From the NCBI RefSeq assembly GCF_036971445.1, contig NC_091476.1, forward strand, positions 101,246,001 to 101,310,000: a DNA stretch of 64,000 nt, in the 5' to 3' direction. Under the pieces are notes generated by a model. It was not told the DNA's origin and did no database searches. It worked only from the letters and a program-made list of their open reading frames with translations. Positions within the stretch are counted from its first letter, which is position 1. Each line of letters opens with the position of its first letter. Origin of the DNA: Narcine bancroftii. Its lineage: Eukaryota. The position numbers were made by a program, and so were the translations under genes. Below, in pieces: positions 36,772 to 46,639 of the stretch.

Positions 36772-38484
36772 TCAGCTGCAGGCTCGTTTGTGGCTGACCA
36801 GTCCGATGCGGGACAGGCAGACACGATTGCAGCGGTTGCAAGGGAAAATTGGTTGGTTGGGGTTGGGTGTTGGGTTTTTCCTCCTTTGCCTTTTGTCAGT
36901 GAGGTGGGCTCTGCGGTCTTCTTCAAAGGAGGCTGCTGCCCGCCAAACTGTGAGGCGCCAAGATGCACGGTTTGAGGCTTTATCAGCCCACTGGCGGTGG
37001 TCAATGTGGCAGGCACCAAGAGATTTCTTTAGGCAGTCCTTGTACCTTTTCTTTGGTGCACCTCTGTCACGGTGGCCAGTGGAGAGCTCGCCATATAATA
37101 CGATCTTGGGAAGGCGATGGTCCTCCATTCTGGAGACGTGACCCATCCAGCGCAGCTGGATCTTCAGCAGCGTGGACTCGATGCTGTCGACCTCTGCCAT
37201 CTCGAGTACCTCGACGTTAGGGGTGTGAGCGCTCCAATGGATGTTGAGGATGGAGTGGAGACAACGCTGGTGGAAGCGTTCTAGGAGCCGTAGGTGGTGC
37301 CGGTAGAGGACCCATGATTCGGAGCCGAACAGGAGTGTGGGTATGACAACGGCTCTGTATACGCTTATCTTTGTGAGGTTTTTCAGTTGGTTGTTTTTCC
37401 AGACTCTTTTGTGTAGTCTTCCAAAGGCGCTATTTGCCTTGGCGAGTCTGTTGTCTATCTCATTGTCGATCCTTGCATCTGATGAAATGGTGCAGCCGAG
37501 ATAGGTAAACTGGTTGACCGTTTTGAGTTTTGTGTGCCCGATGGAGATGTGGGGGGGCTGGTAGTCATGGTGGGGAGCTGGCTGATGGAGGACCTCAGTT
37601 TTCTTCAGGCTGACTTCCAGGCCAAACATTTTGGCAGTTTCCGCAAAGCAGGACGTCAAGCGCTGAAGAGCTGGCTCTGAATGGGCAACTAAAGCGGCAT
37701 CATCTGCAAAGAGTAGTTCACGGACAAGTTTCTCTTGTGTCTTGGTGTGAGCTTGCAGGCGCCTCAGATTGAAGAGACTGCCATCCGTGCGGTACCGGAT
37801 GTAAACAGCGTCTTCATTGTTGGGGTCTTTCATGGCTTGGTTCAGCATCATGCTGAAGAAGATTGAAAAGAGGGTTGGTGCGAGAACACAGCCTTGCTTC
37901 ACGCCATTGTTAATGGAGAAGGGTTCAGAGAGCTCATTGCTGTATCTGACCCGACCTTGTTGGTTTTCGTGCAGTTGGATAATCATGTTGAGGAACTTTG
38001 GGGGACATCCGATGCGCTCTAGTATTTGCCAAAGCCCTTTCCTGCTCACGGTGTCGAAGGCTTTGGTGAGGTCAACAAAGGTGATGTAGAGTCCTTTGTT
38101 TTGTTCTCTACACTTTTCTTGGAGCTGTCTGAGGGCAAAGACCATGTCAGTGGTTCCTCTGTTAGCGCGAAAGCCGCACTGTGATTCTGGGAGAATATTC
38201 TCAGCGACACTAGGTATTATTCTATTTAGTAGAATCCTAGCGAAGATTTTGCCTGCAATGGAGAGCAACGTGATTCCCCTGTAGTTTGAGCAGTCTGATT
38301 TCTCGCCTTTGTTTTTGTACAGGGTGATGATGGTGGCATCACGAAGATCCTGAGGCAGTTTACCTTGGTCCCAACAAAGCTTGAAAAACTCATGCAGTTT
38401 GGCATGCAGAGTTTTGCCGCCAGCCTTCCAGACTTCTGGGGGGATTCCATCCATACCTGCTGCTTTGCCACTTTTCAGCTGTTC
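36772..38484 (-). CDS. RTE reverse transcriptase half (570 codons, no stops, C-terminal Cys/His motif)
   Basis: NYRGITLLS, QCGFR, FVDLTKAFD, GVKQGCVLAP, LFADD, YLG, CNRCNRVC...HKRAC. Confidence 0.93.
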   Translation of the reverse strand, partial: EQLKSGKAAGMDGIPPEVWKAGGKTLHAKLHEFFKLCWDQGKLPQDLRDATIITLYKNKGEKSDCSNYRGITLLSIAGKIFARILLNRIIPSVAENILPESQCGFRANRGTTDMVFALRQLQEKCREQNKGLYITFVDLTKAFDTVSRKGLWQILERIGCPPKFLNMIIQLHENQQGRVRYSNELSEPFSINNGVKQGCVLAPTLFSIFFSMMLNQAMKDPNNEDAVYIRYRTDGSLFNLRRLQAHTKTQEKLVRELLFADDAALVAHSEPALQRLTSCFAETAKMFGLEVSLKKTEVLHQPAPHHDYQPPHISIGHTKLKTVNQFTYLGCTISSDARIDNEIDNRLAKANSAFGRLHKRVWKNNQLKNLTKISVYRAVVIPTLLFGSESWVLYRHHLRLLERFHQRCLHSILNIHWSAHTPNVEVLEMAEVDSIESTLLKIQLRWMGHVSRMEDHRLPKIVLYGELSTGHRDRGAPKKRYKDCLKKSLGACHIDHRQWADKASNRASWRLTVWRAAASFEEDRRAHLTDKRQRRKNPTPNPNQPIFPCNRCNRVCLSRIGLVSHKRACS

Positions 38485-38680
38485 CGATACGGGCAGGAGC
38501 AAGGGGGAGACGGCGGCCCCGGCCTCGGTCGAGTGAGGCAGACGGAGGCCCCGGTCCGGGCAGTATGGACCGACCTAGGAGGGGAGGCAGGCCCCTCCAG
38601 CCCGGGTAAGAAACCTGCATAGGAGAAGGCCACTCCGATATAAAACCTACGACCCAAGGACCTCGCTGCCACGTCCCAGC

Positions 38681-40453
38681 TTGCTTGGCCACGGCACACG
38701 AACCATGGGTGTAAAGGGTGGGGCCAGTACTGCGCGCACTGCACTCCACCTAAAAGCTCCTTTGCGCAGGCCCGAGGACAGGTCCACGTCCTCCCCCTCC
38801 ACGTCCTCCCCCTCCACGTCCTCCCCCTCCACGTCCTCCCCCTCCACGTCCTCCCCCTCCACGTCCTCCCCCTCCACGTCCTCCCCCTCCACGTCCTCCC
38901 CCTCCACGTCCTCCCCCTCAAAAGATGCTCACAAACTCAAGCTAGCATGCTGGAACATCAGAACCATGCTAGATAAGACTGACAGCCATCGACCTGAACG
39001 TCGGTCTGCCCTCATTGCACATGAACTCCTCAGACTTGACATCGACATAGCCGCTCTCAGTGAAGTCCGCCTGGCAGATGTAGGCAGCTTCCAAGAACGC
39101 GGCGCGGGCTACACACTCTACTGGTCTGGCAAGCCTTCGGATGAACGACGCCTATCTGGTGTAGGCTTCATGGTCAAGAGCTTCATTGCCTCCAAACTCG
39201 AAAACCTTCCGACAGGCCTCTCGGACCGAATCATGTCCATGCGACTCCCACTTCAAAACAAGCGTCACATCACCCTCATCAGTGTCTATGCTCCAACCCT
39301 CCAGGCGGAACCAGTAGAAAAGAACAAGTTCTACACCGACCTGCGCAACCTCATCCAACGTACCCCTACAGCCGACAAGGTTGTCATCCTGGGCGACTTC
39401 AACGCTCGTGTCGGCAAAGACTCAGAAACCTGGCCAGGAATCCTGGGCAAGCATGGCGTCGGCAAGTGCAACGACAATGGGCGCCTCCTGTTGGAGCTCT
39501 GCGCAGAACAGCGGCTTGTCATTACAAACACCCTTTTTCAGCAGAGGGACAGCCTTAAGACCACCTGGATGCATCCCCGATCCAAACACTGGCACCTCCT
39601 GGACTACATCCTGGTGCGAGAAAGTGACAAACAAGATGTGCTCCACACCAGGGTCATGCCTAGCGCGGAATGCCACACTGACCACCGGCTGGTTCGCTGC
39701 AAGCTCAACCTTCACTTCAAGCCAAAGCCCAGGAACAATAAAGCCCCCAGAAAGAGGTTCAATGTTGGAAAACTGCAGTCAGACGAAGCGAGAGGAAACT
39801 TCCAGGCAAACCTCAAAGCAAAGCTCGACGTTGCAACCCGCCTCACGGACCCGTCCCCTGAAACCCTCTGGGATCAGTTGAAGACTACCATACTGCAATC
39901 CACTGAAGAGGTACTGGGCTTCTCCTCCAGGAAAAACAAGGACTGGTTTGACGAAAACAGCCAGGAAATCCAGGAGCTGCTGGCAAAGAAGCGAGCTGCC
40001 CACCAGGCTCACCTTACAAAGCCGTCCTGTCCAGAGAAGAAACAAGCCTTCCGTCGCGCATGCAGCCATCTTCAGCGCAAACTCCGGGAGATCCAAAATG
40101 AGTGGTGGACTAACCTCGCCAAACGAACACAGCTCAGCGCGGACATTGGCGACTTCAGGGGTTTCTACGAGGCTCTAAAGGCTGTGTACGGCCCCTCACC
40201 CCAAGTCCAAAGCCCGCTGCGCAGCTCAGACGGCAAAGTCCTCCTCAGCGACAAGATCTCCATCCTCAACCGATGGTCAGAACACTTCCAATCTCTTTTC
40301 AGTACCAACCGCTCAGTCCAAGATTCCGCCCTGCTCCAGCTCCCTCAACAGCCCCTAAGGCTAGAGCTGGATGAGGTTCCCACCCTGGATGAGACATATA
40401 AGGCAATCCATTATTCCTACTGCAACATTAAAGAGTTAATTAGTTATAAATAA
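38681..40453 (+). CDS. RTE APE endonuclease half; last 14 codons come from flanking DNA
   Basis: WNIRT, LSEVR, VYAPT, LGDFNARVG, LDYI, TDHRLV motifs. RTE homology ends at YKAI (40408). First in-frame ATG is at 38705-38707 region (MGVKGG); the annotated start is a TTG. Confidence 0.9.
   Translation: MLGHGTRTMGVKGGASTARTALHLKAPLRRPEDRSTSSPSTSSPSTSSPSTSSPSTSSPSTSSPSTSSPSTSSPSTSSPSKDAHKLKLACWNIRTMLDKTDSHRPERRSALIAHELLRLDIDIAALSEVRLADVGSFQERGAGYTLYWSGKPSDERRLSGVGFMVKSFIASKLENLPTGLSDRIMSMRLPLQNKRHITLISVYAPTLQAEPVEKNKFYTDLRNLIQRTPTADKVVILGDFNARVGKDSETWPGILGKHGVGKCNDNGRLLLELCAEQRLVITNTLFQQRDSLKTTWMHPRSKHWHLLDYILVRESDKQDVLHTRVMPSAECHTDHRLVRCKLNLHFKPKPRNNKAPRKRFNVGKLQSDEARGNFQANLKAKLDVATRLTDPSPETLWDQLKTTILQSTEEVLGFSSRKNKDWFDENSQEIQELLAKKRAAHQAHLTKPSCPEKKQAFRRACSHLQRKLREIQNEWWTNLAKRTQLSADIGDFRGFYEALKAVYGPSPQVQSPLRSSDGKVLLSDKISILNRWSEHFQSLFSTNRSVQDSALLQLPQQPLRLELDEVPTLDETYKAIHYSYCNIKELISYK
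38783..38917 (+). repeat. Perfect 15-bp minisatellite x9 (TCCACGTCCTCCCCC) encoding (STSSP)9
   Basis: Read directly from the sequence; in frame just before the APE domain. Confidence 0.97.
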
Positions 40454-41517
40454 CTTGTAAACCACTGGCTTTTCTGTTTTATATAAATTGAAATTAGTGA
40501 ATGTATACAACCCAAGACAAATAAAAGTTGACTACTGACACATATTTCTTCTAAAACAATGATTGCTGATCATATTTTCAGCTGCAATAACTAGTTCATT
40601 GAAATATTTTAATAGTTGCACTGTGGTGCAATGAATTGTTCGTCTTTGTGTGATCAAGAATGTAGTTCACAGGACCAGTACATTGTAGATCAAGGTCAAC
40701 GCATCAGCCAACATGAATCTACTATAAAAATTTGTGCGCTGTCTTTCTTTATCACCCAGAATGTTTTAACAGAATGCCATGAAGGGACACAGGTTTAGGG
40801 TGGTGTTGTTACCATGGAAAATGGCCATTTATGGGAGAGAACGTACTTTTCAATGGCCAAAATGTTAAAGAAACAATTACACTGTGTTTTCTGGACCAGA
40901 TCTTCCCCAATATCAAAAGCATATTGCTATCTCATATACACTGGCTGAAAACTCAAACCATGCATTGCCAAGAGAAAACGGATTGTTCTTGCCTACAACT
41001 GGTACAGATTTAATTAGGAAAATTGCTCATTTTTTGCAACCATTCTTTGATTCTATAAAGAAAATCAAGACTTTTGAAAACAAATGATGTTGTTATGCCT
41101 TATTTTTTAAATTCCGCTTCAGAAAAATAGAGAAAGATGTGGAATGGAGACTACTGAGAGATTTGCAATTCTTTTCAACACCCTGCTGCATATCTGCAAT
41201 TCATATCAAGTTCTAAGCATATGAATAAAGGCCATGATAAGCTGCAACAGAAAGAAATGAATGTTTTTTGCTACTTCCCTCCAGCCATGGAATAGGATCA
41301 GGATACTTCCAGTAAATTCTATTATAAAGAAATTCTGAGCAAATCCAACATTTCCTAACAAAGTAACCTACAACAAAAAAATCAGTTGTACTGTTACGGT
41401 GTTATAATCTGTTACAGTGTGCTGACCGGCTGCACCCCTGAGTGGAAAGCTCTGCAAGAGGTGGTGAACACAACCCAGGACATCACAGGCAAAACCCTCC
41501 ACTCCACAGAACATCTG

Positions 41518-41852
41518 CAGTGGCTCTCAACCTTTTTTTTTCCACTCACATACCACTTTAAGTATTCCCTAGGGAATAGGGAGCTCTGTGATTAGTAAGG
41601 GATTGCTTGAGGTGGGATGTGGATGGAAAGAAAAAGTTCAAAAATCACTGTTTTAATTGACTCGCTCTATGTACGGTTTCATAACTCCAAAGGAAATGGG
41701 CCAATGACAATTTTTCTCAAGCAAAATATTTCAGTAACAATTGGGTCTAGAGCAGTGATTCTCATCCTTCCCTCACTAATCGCAGAGCACCCATGGCATA
41801 GGGATTACTTAAAGTGGTATGTGAGTGGAAAGAAAAAGGTTGAGAACCACTG
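41518..41852. mobile_element. hAT (Charlie-like) MITE inserted in a Rex-type fragment
   Basis: CAGTGGCTCTCAACCTTTTT ... AAAAAGGTTGAGAACCACTG with about 85-bp inverted arms. Right flank ATCTACAG, left flank a degenerate copy. The host Rex fragment (41400-42260) resumes after it. Confidence 0.85.
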
Positions 41853-43261
41853 ATCTACAGGGAACGCTGCCATTAGAGAGCAGCAGCAATCCTCAGGGAT
41901 CTACCCCACCCAGCACATGATCTGTTGTTCTTGCTGCCACCATTAGGAAAGAGGCAAAAATGCCACAAGACACACACCACCAAGTTAAGAAACAGTTGCT
42001 ACCCCTTCACCATCAGACTTTCAACATCAAACTTAATCACGGACTCATTTCAGGGCTCTTACTTTTGCACTTTGTTGATTTTTTTTCTCTCTATATGGCA
42101 CAGTTGTTTTCATTTCTTTCTTTATTTACATGTGTATGTGTGTACAGCCTTTTTGCACTACCAATAAGTTGTAATTCTGCCTCATCCACCAGAAAAAGAA
42201 TCTGTATTGTCATCATGTGATGTCATGCATGTATTCTGACAATAAATCAGAAATCTGAAAAATAATCCGGACAGGTTAAAATCTCCAGAATCTGAATTCC
42301 AGAAGCTAGGTCAAACATCTAAGTTCTATTAGTTGACCATCGGGAGCCCAGGTTATATTGGATCACTGTACTGCAAATCCATTAAAAAAGGTGAGAACTT
42401 TTATTCACAGAAGCTGTTTATTGATAAAATATAGCTCTTATTTCTGTTTTCCTAACTGCAGTGAGGATGGATTTGCTCTAGCGAGAAGAAAATGGTATTA
42501 TTTTGTTGGAAAGTTAATTTCTGTTTAATTGCTGCTGTTCATCTCACTTTGAAATATTCATTGAGTTGACACATCCAGCAGGAAGCTGGCTCTGTGTTAC
42601 AGAGTGAGAACTGCCACCAGTTTCTCACTCTGAACTGTTGAATAACAAATCATAATTTCAAACACAGCTTTGGCTCCTTATAACAACGTAGTGCTATAAG
42701 GGTTAGGGTAGGGTTCTTCCATGGGTTTTTATGCCTTCCTCCAGAGCTTAAGTCAGTAAAATGAAGTTCCAGAGTCAATTCCTACTGCAGACCCTTGAGC
42801 TAAAAGTCCCTGCTAACACTTCAGTGATGTACTGAAGGAGTATTATACTATCGGACATGCCATTTTTCAGTCATGTTGTGGCAGTGATACTTCATTGGCC
42901 CTCAGAATGAAATAAAAGATCCAATGGGCACTATTCCTATGAGGTAGATTCAGATTTATTGTCAGACTACATAAATGACATCACATACAAACTGGAGATT
43001 CTTTTTCCTGCAGGCCTGGCAGAATTACGACGTATTGGTAGTGAAAAAGAAATTGTACATAATGCACACATGTAAAGAAATAAAGAAATGTAAACAATTT
43101 GAACGTGCAATACAGAGAGAAAGAAATCAATAAAGTGCAAAACTAAGAGTCCTTAAATGAGTCCCTGATTCAGCTTGCTGTTGAGGCATCTGATGGTGGA
43201 GGGATAGCAGCTGTTCCTGAACCTGGGGGTATATGGCACCAATACCTCCTTCCTGACGGTA

Positions 43262-43609
43262 CAGGGTCAGTGCCACAGCGAGTGTTAGAAGGGGGCATTA
43301 GCATGACCGGAATGGGCACAGTGTAACGCTTGTAAACCTACTCAACAGTAAGGGGGTGCAGGTAGATGCTGTTAACTATCTGCCGATTAATGTTATTGTC
43401 CCTCTGACGTAGCAGGCAAAAGCACTGCTTTTATGCTGGGAAAGTCATTAGTGCGCATCAAGCTAGACGCTAGTAACTCAAGACACACGCCAGTGACATG
43501 GGTGGGGGAGGTCTGATGGCGAGCAATGGCTACGTGTGTATGGGCACAGGACCTCACTTGGGCAGTCAAATCCTGTGAATTCCACCCCACCCCCCTCCAC
43601 TTAGGACTG
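43262..43609. mobile_element. Probable hAT non-autonomous element inside a Rex-type fragment (42950-43980, minus)
   Basis: CAG...CTG ends, 8-bp TSD TGACGGTA (43254-43261) / TGATGGTA (43610-43617). TIRs are otherwise degenerate. Confidence 0.6.
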
Positions 43610-45024
43610 TGATGGTAGCAGTGGGAACAGAGTATGTGCTGGATGATGTGGGTCCTTGATAATAGCCGCTGCTCTCCGACAGCAGCGTTCCCTGTAGATA
43701 TTCTCGATGGTGGGGAGGGTTTTGCCTGTGATGTCCTGGACTGCGTCCACTACCTTTTTCAGAGCTTTTTGCTCAGGGGTATTGGTATCCCCATGCCAGA
43801 CTGTGATGCAGCTGGTCAGCGCACATTTGTAGAAATTTGCTAGGGTTTCTGATGTCATACCAAACCTCCACAAACTCCCGAGCAAGTCAAGGAGTTGACG
43901 TACTTTCTTCATGATGACATTAGTGTATTGGGTCCAGGAAAGATTCTCTGAGATAGTGACTCCCAAGAACTTAAATTTCCTTCCCCTCTACATGTACCTG
44001 TTCAAGAATGTTCTTTCTCCGTCTGGCAAAACATAGTAATTTTTACTTCACTGTTGTTATGTGCACATTGTCAACTGCATTTTCAATGTCATAGCCAATG
44101 TCTTCACCAAACTGTTCATCTCAAAACCTCGAATGTGAAAGAATTGGGACTGCTTACCTTGGACCTAATATTTTAACAGTAATTAGCTTGTAATATGTAA
44201 AGACATTCTGCTAGGCAGATCATATTTCGAATGTTACAAACAGTTTTAAATATATTTTTAGACATATAGCATGGTAACAGGCCCTTTCAGCCCACATGAC
44301 CATGTTGTTCAATTACACCCGATTGACCTACACACCCTCATATGTTTTTGAACGGTGGGAGGAAGCCAAAGTGCCTGGGGAAAACCCACGTAGACACGGG
44401 GAGAATGTATAAACTCCTTACGTACTGCAAGTAAGTCGAACCCCAGTCCCGATCGCTGGTGCCGTAAATGTGTTGTGCAAACTACTAAGCCAACCGTGCC
44501 ACCTTTTGTCATCCAATTTATTGAAAGCACATTAACAATGGACTGATCGTGTGCAGCAGGTAGTTTTCGAGAGAGAATCTGAAGATGTGAGAATAGGGAA
44601 GAACCTGGCACTCCTTCCATTGGATCCCAGAATGCTGCACTTCCAATGGATCCCACAAGAATCGTCAAGTCAATTGGAAATTGGTGATGAAACTAGAAGT
44701 TAAAGTTCTCATCCATTGATCCAATGAAAATATTGATAATGTGGTTATGATTTAAGTACAATGGACATATGCATCAAAATTATGAGCTGCGTCCTTGTTT
44801 GGCAGTTCAGGAATTTAAATTAAAATAATTAGATAAAAATATTAATATTAAAATATAAAGCCAGTGTGGGCAACTGTGACAATATAAAATCCCAAGTGCT
44901 TTATTAATAGAAGGAGGAAATCTTCCACTCATACCAGATCTGGTACATGTGAGTCCAAACCCACACCATTATAGTTAACCCTTACCTGCCTCCTGACTTT
45001 AGAAAAAATAAGGGATGGACTGAT

Positions 45025-45165
45025 GTGTACCTGGACAAAGGGCTCAGGTTGAAATGCTGGTTACCCTCTACTTCCTTTAGATGCTGTGTGACCTACTGAG
45101 TTTCTCCAGCACGTTTGTGTATTTCACCACACTCCCAACATGTGCAGACTTTCCAGCTTAACTCC
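45025..45165 (+). mobile_element. Penelope-like pseudo-LTR fragment
   Basis: CCTGGACAAAGGGCTCAGGTTGAAATGCTGG ... GATGCTG..TGACCT.CTGAGTTTCTCCAGCA, homologous to 49530-49660. Confidence 0.6.
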
Positions 45166-46639
45166 AGCTTTGGCAGAGAGCAGGGTTGATAATGTTTTGT
45201 GTAGTTCAGGCTGAGTTGCGAAGGAATGACTTTCATTGATGCAGAGGTGAATCATGGTCCAAGGTTTTAAAGGAGCCTGGCGGCAGAAATAAGAAACTGT
45301 GCTGAAACGTAAAGGTGAATGGAACCCCTTTACACCTACATTGAGAAACCTTCCATGTCAGTGAAAAGTAGAAGAGTCAGAGAGGCCCTCAAGATAATCG
45401 TCACAGTGTAGCGTGGCTCAGCTCAAGTTCTTGGATGTCTTTATAATGTTAATATGTGGCCAGTCTCACTATATGATCCATAACTCTATCAAAACTTCTC
45501 TTAACTACTGCTGCCAAAGTAACAGGAAGTTGGTCAGATGAGAGATAACACAATCCCCTTTACATGTCAGTCTCACTCCACCCGTTGCAATGAACATAAC
45601 AGGACCTTAACCCGCATTTTCAATGTACCTGATTTGTAACTCAAGGAGGTCTTGTGTTTCAGGTCTTTGCTTTCAAGTCCAGGCCACTAACCAGTCCATT
45701 TTGTTTCCATGCATTTCCTTCTAAAGAGAGAAGAAATCTGAGGATATGATAATGGGACAAAGCACTGGCCTTGGTGCTACTTGTTTCCTAGATAAATCAT
45801 TTACCTGAGGAAGAAGGTCAGTTCTAATAAATAGAAGACTGTCTGCATTCTGTGCTGCGAGGCAGAATAGATTTATCTAAGGTTGACCTAAGAGCTACAA
45901 TAGAAAACAATTTGAACTTTGCGACATCTGGAGCTGCCCTTTGTTGATGATGTTGCTGTTAATGGAGTTTGCTTTTTGAACTGCACCCAGCTATTTGCTG
46001 AGATCTTGGTTAATCTGTTGTTGGTGCAAGATTGCAGAATCTGAATGCACAGATGGACACTGTGTGATTAGTCAGAGAGAGTGTAGAAAATGGCAGGCAC
46101 AAGGTGGCACAAAAAGTGTTAACGTGGGATAGAAGTGAAAATGTCAGGAGCAAGATGAGAATCCTGGCAAATAGAGGAGTCTAACAAGTGATTTTCACAC
46201 ATAGGAATAAACAAAAAACAGCCATGTGATAGAAGAAATGTCCCCAGTCCTACTGATTACAATCTTTACACCTCAAATGGAATAAACAATCAGTGCATAA
46301 CAACAGAATCCAGGGGTCTGTTTTACACCTCCATTAAAACCTGGAGAGGTGTCGGAGGTAGGAGTTACATTTGTGCTCCTTCATCCCCATTTCTACCCTA
46401 ATTTTCACAACTACATTGCCACCCCCACCCCTCCACACACCCCCAGCCTCCATGTTAACACAATCTGCTTTTATGATTCTCTTTCCTCAGGTATCAACCA
46501 CTCATCACCTGCATTTTCCCAGCTCCAATCTTCCATCCCTCCCCTGTCCATCTTTCCCATGCCTCAATGTTTGAACTCCTTCAGTCAAATTTCAACCCAC
46601 ACCACTAAACCTAAACAATCCTTCTCAGATGGGACCATG

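Larger units (their letters stand above)
36699..40406 (-). mobile_element. Young RTE-clade LINE with complete coding sequence and inverted 5' half
   Basis: Tail and RT half on minus (36699-38484), 5' UTR and APE half on plus (38485-40408). TSD TCCATTATTCCT at 36687-36698 and 40407-40418. Confidence 0.95.

Noticed and set aside
36611-37141. Long plus-strand ORFs over RTE 3' ends (also 50513, 61871, 3104)
   Set aside because: Antisense frames of the GC-rich RTE ORF, repeated only because the element is repeated.
38485-38700. HDV-like ribozyme at the 5' end of the young RTE
   Set aside because: Several hairpins exist, but I could not place P1, P1.1 and P2 consistently; the true 5' terminus may also be missing.
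38783-38917. CRISPR-like array
   Set aside because: Head-to-tail tandem repeat with no spacers, in a eukaryotic retrotransposon.
38475-38921. Minus-strand ORFs (RGRTW)n and (EGEDV)n
   Set aside because: Alternative frames of the 15-bp minisatellite; no independent coding evidence.
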